Origin: a virus
Taxonomy: Duplodnaviria; Caudoviricetes
Reading direction: 5' to 3' (one strand)
DNA: 64,000 nt
IMG/VR virus record: IMGVR_UViG_3300033066_000895
Coordinates: 5,260-69,259 of that record
Shown here: positions 55,422 to 62,746 of the stretch, piece by piece
Numbering within the stretch: the stretch's first letter is position 1
Layout: each line of letters opens with the position of its first letter
Made by a program: the position numbers and the translations under genes
Notes under the pieces: model-generated
The model's input: the letters and a program-made list of their open reading frames with translations, nothing else
What the model was told of the DNA's origin: nothing
Databases searched by the model: none

Positions 55422-55781
55422 TTAAGGTTGAGCAGTCCAAGTACCCGAGTAACCAGCAACATCCCATTTGCCAGCAACTACACATGTAAGATGAACAAAA
55501 CTTGTAATGGTATTGGATACCAGACCTTTGCTTGCTGATCCCTGAACGCCGGTTGATGGAAGTGCCATCGTGTCACCAGTCTGAACAGCGATCGTAAGAG
55601 ACTGAGCGACTTCACAGGCAAAGTGAAACTCCGATCCGGGGAGGCTTGCAGGCAGAGTCAGGACGATTGCTCCCGATGCTCCTACGTTGTTGTTAATCGA
55701 TCCGCTTTCGCGTTGAACTAAAGATCGAGATGCGGAGTTAGTAGTAACCCGCTTCATTCGAGCAAGAGAAATAGGAGGCAT
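55422..55781 (-). CDS. capsid decoration-like beta domain protein
   Basis: LTLPA..G.EF.F...LTI...GD resembles the C-terminal domain of 57598-58410. Confidence 0.55.
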   Translation of the reverse strand: MPPISLARMKRVTTNSASRSLVQRESGSINNNVGASGAIVLTLPASLPGSEFHFACEVAQSLTIAVQTGDTMALPSTGVQGSASKGLVSNTITSFVHLTCVVAGKWDVAGYSGTWTAQP

Positions 55782-55792
55782 AAAAATGTCCT

Positions 55793-56332
55793 TTAGTTAT
55801 TGAACAGTTGGGAAGTATAGTCGGGACTTCGGGGGAGTTTCGAATTAAACGGTGTAGTGCTCAAGCGACTGATGTATCGAATTTGAGCGGCTCTGAATCT
55901 CTGATCACGGTGAAGATTTGTCATCGTCATTCCGGCATTCTGATTCAGAAGAATCATATCGGAAGAACTATCTGGGGGGACTAGTGCCTCATTGATTTGA
56001 ACTGATTTGAGAAAGTCAATGTATTCACTTTCTTCAATCGTCAAGCTATCAGGAACAGTTCCACCACGTCTGCGAAGTAACTGAACGGCAGAAAGAACAG
56101 CACAGCACCATTTCATCCAAGTGTTTCCGGGTACACTTGTCAGCACGTAAACTGTGTGAATGTACTGATTGATTCTTACCTGTGCCCGTTCCATGCAGTC
56201 TGTAATGAATGTGTTTTCATCATCATCTGCATATCCAGTCTGATTGTCATCTGCTGCCCAGTTGACACCCTGTTCAGAAAGTACTGAATAGATATCTTGC
56301 TTTGAGCAGTAGGCAGGAAGTGTATTAGCCAT
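55793..56332 (-). CDS. Mu gp36/DUF1320-like head-tail connector
   Basis: AYCS..DI, ERA...INQYI..Y, W.C..L....L.RRR, FLKSV. Confidence 0.75.
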   Translation of the reverse strand: MANTLPAYCSKQDIYSVLSEQGVNWAADDNQTGYADDDENTFITDCMERAQVRINQYIHTVYVLTSVPGNTWMKWCCAVLSAVQLLRRRGGTVPDSLTIEESEYIDFLKSVQINEALVPPDSSSDMILLNQNAGMTMTNLHRDQRFRAAQIRYISRLSTTPFNSKLPRSPDYTSQLFNN

Positions 56333-56350
56333 TTTGTTTTACCCTCATAG

Positions 56351-56377
56351 AAAAAGAGGGAGGACGAATCCTCCCTC
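56351..56377 (-). terminator. terminator after the major capsid gene
   Basis: GAGGGAGGA-TTCG-TCCTCCCTC-TTTTT. Confidence 0.85.
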
Positions 56378-56400
56378 ATTTCATCCGAAGTCATCCTATC

Positions 56401-57552
56401 TTAGAATACGGCTGTTGCATATCCGGAAGCGGCGGGGATGTAGTTTGCTGGAATCGCGTTATCCAGCGTAAACAGCATCCGACCAGCAGGATCGTCAACA
56501 AGCTTCGTCCAAGCAGCCATCCCGTATCGAACTGTCTCGGGGCTTCCGTAGCCTTCGTTGACAGGTTCCGATCCGAGAAGCATCTCGAAGTAGTTCGTTG
56601 ATGGGTTTGGACCATACCAGAACTTGCCGTTCTCTACGAACTGAGTAAAGGTTTCAGAACCGGGAGCACCGATCTTGACACCTTCGTTCGTGATGATCCA
56701 CTGAATCCAAGGGACAGCAGCAATTCGACCGACGATCACCGTCTGGGGTCGACCTTCACTGTCAGTACCAACAGCACGTTCGTACTGAGTAAAAGGCGGA
56801 TTGCTGATACCAGCTTGGGCCTGAACGTTATCGTTCGAAATCACATATCCCCAAGTATCTGCGGGACAGATGATCAGATCGAGAGTCGTACCTGTTGAGG
56901 ACTGGAGAGCAGCATTGATATCTCGAAGATGCTTCGGGATATCTGCTGCGGGGTTTGCCCAAGATGTCGTGATCAGGTTTCCACCACCCGTGTAGTTCAC
57001 CTGAGACATGTTGGCGGAAGGCATCTTCCAGTCCACTTGGAACTGTTGAACACCAGACCCGGACGATGCCGAGAAATCGTACCAAATGTCGTCACCGTAC
57101 TTGAAACCGTAGAACGAGTTTCGAATCATACCAGCAAGCATAGCAAGGCGAGTATTGCCGACTCGTTGACCCATGAATCGTTGCTGTTTCAGAACGTACT
57201 GAACACCACGTTCATCGTAGACGTTGTTTGGAGCACCGATAGCACGCAAGTTATGAAGTTCTTCTGCAAGCAGAGGAAGTTTTTCATAGAAGCGGGGGAA
57301 GACACCATCGACGCGACCAACAGCTTGACGACGAACCGTACCGGCAGACGAACCGGGAGCACGACCCTGAGCCACAGTTCGCGTATCATTGAAGATATCG
57401 TAACCGAACTGTCGGTGACCTACTTGTCTTTCTGCGGAACCACCGGGTTCCATACCGAAGAGACGAAGCAGATATTTGTTCGCACCTGCTTCGCGAGACA
57501 CAACCCGAGTTGTGACTTTCGTTGACAGGATTTCGTGAAGTGAAGCGGCCAT
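56401..57552 (-). CDS. major capsid protein (HK97 fold)
   Basis: 383 aa; follows protease and decoration genes; strong terminator; biased codons. Confidence 0.85.
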   Translation of the reverse strand: MAASLHEILSTKVTTRVVSREAGANKYLLRLFGMEPGGSAERQVGHRQFGYDIFNDTRTVAQGRAPGSSAGTVRRQAVGRVDGVFPRFYEKLPLLAEELHNLRAIGAPNNVYDERGVQYVLKQQRFMGQRVGNTRLAMLAGMIRNSFYGFKYGDDIWYDFSASSGSGVQQFQVDWKMPSANMSQVNYTGGGNLITTSWANPAADIPKHLRDINAALQSSTGTTLDLIICPADTWGYVISNDNVQAQAGISNPPFTQYERAVGTDSEGRPQTVIVGRIAAVPWIQWIITNEGVKIGAPGSETFTQFVENGKFWYGPNPSTNYFEMLLGSEPVNEGYGSPETVRYGMAAWTKLVDDPAGRMLFTLDNAIPANYIPAASGYATAVF

Positions 57553-57597
57553 TTATTGTTTCCGTTTTCTTGGGTTTGGTTGGGTGAAGGTTAAATA

Positions 57598-58410
57598 TTA
57601 CGTTGCGATGGTAGCCACGTTGGTAGAGGCGTTCTTGATTGTGATGATCCATTTGAGTGTCGAACCCACATAGACGCATTCAACCATAACTCGACCACCG
57701 ATTTTGTGAGAAGCGGTAGAGAACGCAACCGAGTCAGCCGACAGGTCATTGTCGGTGACAATGTTATCCCCTTCAGCAGAAGTTACAGTCATGTTGGCAT
57801 CAACACAGTTCAAGAATTCAGCAACGAATCCAAGAGACGATGCGATTGCTGGCAGAGTGAAGTTGACTGCTCCAGTAATCGCTTGGAAGAGAGTACCATG
57901 ATCCGCAGCAACAACAGTATAGTCTGCTGCTTTGGTAACTCGTCGGCGGAACGACGAAACACCTAACCATGCATCGTCATCAAAAATGAATCCACGTCGA
58001 TTCAATTGCTGTCTGGCTTGCTGATCAAGATTGATCAACTGGTTTGCTTTTGCCTTACCAGCAACAACGATTGAACCATTCAAACGGGTCGCCGCTGAAC
58101 CAGTCGAATAGTCGAGCAGGTTGATTTCCTGCACGAGAATACCACGTGCTTCCTGCGATCCATCCGTTGCTGTAGGATCGTAGTCGACCCAGTTACCAGA
58201 TGCATCCAGCTTGGCCATCACCAGACCGGGACGCAAGAGCGACGTAGGTATATTTGCTGAATCGACTGCCGTTGAGTCGACAACAGGCATACCGTCGAAA
58301 ACAACATCGCCCTGAAAGAATGACTGCCACAGAACCGCAGATTCACCTGAAGTTCGTGCTGTCGTAAAGCCGGGAACACCCGGATCAAAACCCACTGCTG
58401 CCGTAACCAT
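57598..58410 (-). CDS. head decoration protein (lambda gpD-like) with extra C-terminal domain
   Basis: LRPGLVMAK...YDPTATDGSQ.ARGIL. Confidence 0.8.
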   Translation of the reverse strand: MVTAAVGFDPGVPGFTTARTSGESAVLWQSFFQGDVVFDGMPVVDSTAVDSANIPTSLLRPGLVMAKLDASGNWVDYDPTATDGSQEARGILVQEINLLDYSTGSAATRLNGSIVVAGKAKANQLINLDQQARQQLNRRGFIFDDDAWLGVSSFRRRVTKAADYTVVAADHGTLFQAITGAVNFTLPAIASSLGFVAEFLNCVDANMTVTSAEGDNIVTDNDLSADSVAFSTASHKIGGRVMVECVYVGSTLKWIITIKNASTNVATIAT

Positions 58411-58450
58411 TATTTATTTCCTTGTTGAAGGCTGGAGAACGAGGGAAGAG

Positions 58451-59869
58451 TTACTTTCCAGTAACGGGGTTTACCTTTGAGCAGTACTCATCGACGATTG
58501 CATTGACGCGGGCATCGTCGACTTCCGCATTATGGAAGAACTGAGAAGTACCAGAGATAGGAATTTCCTTTTCACTGAATTGCTTCGCTCGTTCATCTGG
58601 GGTGAACATTGCCCCTTCAGGATACTCTTCGATCAGACCGAGGATCGTATCCAGTTCCGACTTGTCGTCTCCGGTACCTGAGAACTGGTAGGTACTGGCG
58701 GTATTCTTGAGTGCTTCACCCTTAGCCGATGAGCATCGACCAGAGCGGACGCAAGCATCAATCCGATCGTTGTATGACTTTCGTCGGTTGTTCGAAATCT
58801 CAGCCATCAACGAATCAATGCGAGACTGTTGAGCAACAACTGTCGTTTTCAGTTGTGACATCTGAACAACATTGATGTCATCAACAGGAGTTTTGACTTC
58901 GGGGGTTTCAGGTGTTTCTTTTGACATGGCGATTACTGTTGCCTGTTCTGTTGGAGGTTGATTTGGGTTTCCGCCCATTTGGTTAGCTTGCATTCCGACA
59001 TTTCGGCTTGCCTGAGCGGTCATGTCAACAATCATCGAAAGTACACGACCCATTGATTCAGGGTCTTTCAAAATCGGACTGTCGGCAGCAAGTTGAATTC
59101 CCATTGCCTGAAGTGCTTCGGTTAACTTTGCCAACAAATTACCCGTTCCCTGATCGGTTGTTCCGTTCGAGTTCGGAGTTTGTTGATTTGGCACCGCAGC
59201 ATCCCCAAGACTAAATCGCAGAATTTCATCGTCGTCTAAGGCTTCAGAAATTTTGCTCATTTGCAATGGTGAAGAGTTTTGCTCGGAATCAGACCTATGG
59301 TCAACCCCTGATTCCGATTTTTTTGGAATAAAATCTGAGGACTGTTTTGGATTAACAGGATTCCGTGTGAGAGCGATGTGATGTAATGCGTTTTCCAGAA
59401 TCGTTCCATCCGGCAGTTTGAACCTACCAAACTGGGGGGAAACGTATGTTCCTGTTTTTTCCAGACGCTTGCCAATCGATTCTTCAGGATCGATATCAAC
59501 ATGGAACATACTGGTTTGATCGAGAGTACCTGACTCCACCCATCCTGAAAAATAAGGATCGCTTTCTGCTTGCTGGATCGCTTCGGCATCATCGGCTTTG
59601 ATCGGATAAGCAAGCGGTTCCTTTCTACCGGGATGTTCCATCCATGCAGGAATTCGATATCCAGCTTGTTTGATCTTTTCGATACTGGATTGCATCTGGG
59701 TCAAGTCTGCCTTTTCGACAACGATTGCCTGATTTCCTTTTCGGTAAATACCGGGACGCATAACATCTTTTTGCAGAGTGGTAATGATTGCACCTGTTTT
59801 TCTAATTGTCTTCAAAAGCTGACACTTTGGAGAACGCCTAACGAAACGTTCACTCCCTAGAATTGCCAA
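58451..59869 (-). CDS. Mu gpI-like prohead protease / scaffold
   Basis: PGIY, EHP, YVSPQF, IALTRNP; helical scaffold-like C-terminal half; start uncertain (TTG). Confidence 0.8.
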   Translation of the reverse strand: MAILGSERFVRRSPKCQLLKTIRKTGAIITTLQKDVMRPGIYRKGNQAIVVEKADLTQMQSSIEKIKQAGYRIPAWMEHPGRKEPLAYPIKADDAEAIQQAESDPYFSGWVESGTLDQTSMFHVDIDPEESIGKRLEKTGTYVSPQFGRFKLPDGTILENALHHIALTRNPVNPKQSSDFIPKKSESGVDHRSDSEQNSSPLQMSKISEALDDDEILRFSLGDAAVPNQQTPNSNGTTDQGTGNLLAKLTEALQAMGIQLAADSPILKDPESMGRVLSMIVDMTAQASRNVGMQANQMGGNPNQPPTEQATVIAMSKETPETPEVKTPVDDINVVQMSQLKTTVVAQQSRIDSLMAEISNNRRKSYNDRIDACVRSGRCSSAKGEALKNTASTYQFSGTGDDKSELDTILGLIEEYPEGAMFTPDERAKQFSEKEIPISGTSQFFHNAEVDDARVNAIVDEYCSKVNPVTGK

Positions 59870-59936
59870 AGTGTCAGCAGATGAGGATTCTGTTCGGAAC
59901 GGGGTCTGTGGTCAACAGGGATAAAACGATGGTCTG

Positions 59937-60336
59937 AATAAAATTCTGAAAACGGAGGTGTGGTATATAAATCATCAACTCCAAAAAAAGTCGGATTTCC
60001 AACTAGGTATGTCGATCCTCTCATCTCCCTTCCCCCGCTAGTAGATAGAGTACTCACTTCGTTCGTACTCTATCTACACCCCTATCCCTCTTACTCTCCT
60101 TTACTACGTTTCTGGAGGAGAATAACAGTACTCTTGACAGGTACTCTTCTCTTCTGTATCTATAATAGAGAGGAATACGAACGAAGTGAGTATTCCTCTC
60201 TCTTCTAGTATTTATATGATTTATATACATATACCCCATTTTCAGAATTTTATTAAAAATGCAAAATCAGAGTACCTCAGTACAGGAAACACTTTTTAAT
60301 AAAATTCTGGTTTCAGACAATGGTGATATGAATCAT
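59937..60336. other. symmetric cis-acting locus (candidate origin/pac or divergent promoter pair)
   Basis: Inverted 39-bp elements enclosing two opposite-strand hairpins; see findings. Confidence 0.5.
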
Positions 60337-60669
60337 ACCCAGAAAGGGATTCCAGACCTGAATCAGATCAACAATAAAGATGATCGGAGAGAAATCTGGA
60401 TTCTCCTAGATAAACTGACCCCGAAAGAGCGATGCCAGTTTTTAGAGTTCGTCGTCAATCAAGTGAATCAAGGCATCAAGCTCAAGCACAATCCGCCTTG
60501 GGTTCTGGTTGAAGTGACCAACAACTCGGGAGAGACGAATGAAGTCTATATCGATCTTGCTCACATTGTGTCTCAGTACCGGATTGGATGGAATCCAGTT
60601 CTGGCAACCCTCGAACGATTTGTTGCTCATCAGTCATGTGACAGTCTTTCTTCCCAGAAGCGAAGCTAG
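60259..60669 (+). CDS. hypothetical protein
   Basis: First ORF right of the symmetric locus. Confidence 0.5.
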   Translation: MQNQSTSVQETLFNKILVSDNGDMNHTQKGIPDLNQINNKDDRREIWILLDKLTPKERCQFLEFVVNQVNQGIKLKHNPPWVLVEVTNNSGETNEVYIDLAHIVSQYRIGWNPVLATLERFVAHQSCDSLSSQKRS

Positions 60670-60676
60670 TGTAGAA

Positions 60677-61093
60677 ATGACTACGAAGAAAAATATTGAT
60701 CGAGTCGGATACTTGGTCATCCTTGTCTGGGTTCTGTATTGCGTTTTCGGTTCAAGTGATCAACCACAAAAATCAACTGTAGGTGTTGGGCCGCGGTCCC
60801 CAAAATGGACCGAAGTCAGAAATCGGTTTGCTGCTGCTCATCCCGTTTGTGAAGTCTGTGGTCGTAAGACGGAAACGGTTCATCACCGAAAACCGTTTCA
60901 TCTCTACCCGGAATTAGAACTCGATGAGTCTAACTTGATTTCGTTTTGTGACCGATGCCATCTGGTGTTCGGTCATCTGTTCAATTTCCAAAATGAAAAC
61001 CCTGATGTTGATCAGCACATAAAAATGTTTCGGGATGCTAAACTCAAAGCTGATGAAAAACGGAAATCAGCGAAAACTACCTTAGCATTTTAA
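60677..61093 (+). CDS. HNH endonuclease with N-terminal TM/signal segment
   Basis: CEVCG..TVHH..P....LISFCDRCH..FGH; VGYLVILVWVLYCVFG. Confidence 0.75.
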   Translation: MTTKKNIDRVGYLVILVWVLYCVFGSSDQPQKSTVGVGPRSPKWTEVRNRFAAAHPVCEVCGRKTETVHHRKPFHLYPELELDESNLISFCDRCHLVFGHLFNFQNENPDVDQHIKMFRDAKLKADEKRKSAKTTLAF

Positions 61094-61118
61094 CTGTCTG
61101 ACAAAATTTGGGCCGGGG

Positions 61119-61148
61119 TTGACACGGCTTGACCGGATTGGATATTCT
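61119..61148 (+). promoter_or_regulatory. promoter, CGGCT class, flanked by TGTCWGACA palindromes
   Basis: TTGACA-CGGCTT...(18)-TATTCT; palindromes at 61095 and 61154. Confidence 0.6.
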
Positions 61149-61356
61149 TCAGTTGTCAGACACACCCCCCTGTACTGCGTCAGGTGATTGTGGAAGTCTT
61201 CCGTGAAAAATCCATCGCTTCCAAAAAAACTTGATGCAGTACTTTTAGCCTTAACCTGTCTAGCGGCAGATGATTGATAAGTCCTCGGGACGAGCAGAAC
61301 CGCATGGGATCATCCGCTAGTGATTCTATGCGGTTTTTGCTTTTTCAGGTGGTAAA

Positions 61357-61569
61357 ATGGATCAAGCCCTTGGTCAGATAATTTTTACTCGACCTCCGAA
61401 TGATTCTGTTTTTATACGGGAGAGGTGGAATCCTCATTACCTTACTCGGAATGACAGACAGTTGATTGTAAAAGCATTACGTGAAATTGCCGATGCAATG
61501 GACCTCGACGAGTTTGAACACAAGGGATACAAACGGTATTTCAAACCAGCGGAAGAAAGTTCAAAATGA
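61357..61569 (+). CDS. hypothetical protein
   Basis: AGGTGG RBS; ATGA overlap. Confidence 0.55.
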   Translation: MDQALGQIIFTRPPNDSVFIRERWNPHYLTRNDRQLIVKALREIADAMDLDEFEHKGYKRYFKPAEESSK

Positions 61570-61928
61570 CCCCTACTGCCCTTTTCTGTTGTGTCGTTAT
61601 GATCGTCATCGCAATCTATGATGGGATTGCGGTCAGCTTGTGGGGTGTTTCTGGAAGCGTCAGTAAGTGGATTCAGCGGACAGCAATTTCTAGCCCGATG
61701 TTTTCATTTTCATTCGGATTCATCGCTGGTCATTTGTTTGGGTATATGCCTGTTGACATGCCAAAAGCAAATCAAGACGGAATGTGGATTTCTGCTTTTC
61801 ACATTTTTATGATTTTACTTTTTGTGTGCCTCACGGTTGCTCTGAGGGATTCAATCACTATTTTGCGGAGCATGCTCAATGAGCGGAAATACAGAAAAGA
61901 AAACCGAGGATATCGGATCGATCGTTAA
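61566..61928 (+). CDS. multi-TM membrane protein
   Basis: Three hydrophobic segments. Confidence 0.6.
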   Translation: MTPTALFCCVVMIVIAIYDGIAVSLWGVSGSVSKWIQRTAISSPMFSFSFGFIAGHLFGYMPVDMPKANQDGMWISAFHIFMILLFVCLTVALRDSITILRSMLNERKYRKENRGYRIDR

Positions 61929-62020
61929 TCGTAATTCTTCTCCAGAGACCGAAGGTCGGAAACGCTACTACCCCGATAAGACATGTTGCAACGGATCACT
62001 CATCTACGAAGGAAATCAAA

Positions 62021-62404
62021 ATGGGATACAGAAGACAACAGGAGAGAAAACTGAGGGTCAAGACCGATCCGGAATTCAGACTCCGAGTTCTTGAGCATAC
62101 GAATGAATGGATTGCCAAGAACGTAAATCGTAGTGCAATGTTCCGGTTCCGAATCGTTTATCAAAGTCGTGAGTCTGGTTGTCCTCAAGTGCTCAAAGGG
62201 TCAGCGGCATCAAGTAAAAAGCATATTGAGCATACATTCCGTAATCGGTTTCCGGATTCTCGAATTCTGAATATCAAGCGGCTAGGAACGAAAACGTTTA
62301 AGCCCTCTGTTCCAAAGGCGATCCAGAAACGGTTAAGGTCTGAAAAACTGGCAGAGATGAAGCAACGAGCAGAAGAGTTGAAGGATATCGTCAAGAAAAA
62401 ATGA
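62021..62404 (+). CDS. basic hypothetical protein
   Basis: AAGGA RBS. Confidence 0.55.
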   Translation: MGYRRQQERKLRVKTDPEFRLRVLEHTNEWIAKNVNRSAMFRFRIVYQSRESGCPQVLKGSAASSKKHIEHTFRNRFPDSRILNIKRLGTKTFKPSVPKAIQKRLRSEKLAEMKQRAEELKDIVKKK

Positions 62405-62457
62405 GTTAAGCACGCCTCATTCAAAACGTGTTATCCCCTTTGTTTGGAGAGTGAAAG

Positions 62458-62688
62458 ATGAAAGTAGCAGACGTTAAGTTGAAGTGGACCCGTAGTCCAA
62501 ATTCAGATGTCACAAGCAGGAAGCTTAATGTAACAATCAATGGTGAAACGAATTCGTATGATGTCGGACCTGAAGTCAGCGAATACATGATTGAAGTTCA
62601 AGCGTTGGGTACAGTACAATTCAATACCACGATCTTCGACAATGAAGGGAATGAAGTCTCATCCGAGACGGCTACCTTTTCTCCATGA
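62458..62688 (+). CDS. stand-alone FN3/Ig-like domain protein
   Basis: VKLKWTRSP..DV...Y.V...Y.I.VQA beta-sandwich pattern. Confidence 0.5.
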   Translation: MKVADVKLKWTRSPNSDVTSRKLNVTINGETNSYDVGPEVSEYMIEVQALGTVQFNTTIFDNEGNEVSSETATFSP

Positions 62689-62746
62689 GAGTTCGATTCC
62701 CTCTAGAGCAAATGATGTAAGACTCCGTCTTTTGGAAGGAAACCAG

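Larger units (their letters stand above)
1120..62743. repeat. dispersed mini-hairpin motif family (~22 copies): stem-T[TAC]C-stem'-(T)YTG[GA]-purine run-GAA
   Basis: Sites listed in the first finding; 18 on + and 4 on -. Confidence 0.8.

Noticed and set aside
60134-60166. Perfect TTGACA and TATAAT hexamers
   Set aside because: Spacer is 21 nt, too long for a standard sigma70 promoter; retained only as part of the symmetric locus
59857-60239. Short ORFs 59857-60057(-), 59960-60208(+) and 60054-60239(-)
   Set aside because: They overlap the hairpin/inverted-repeat locus, lack an RBS and have low-complexity translations
62686-62710. GAGAGTTCGATTCCCTC tRNA T-loop-like sequence
   Set aside because: Mismatched stem and no matching 5' acceptor arm
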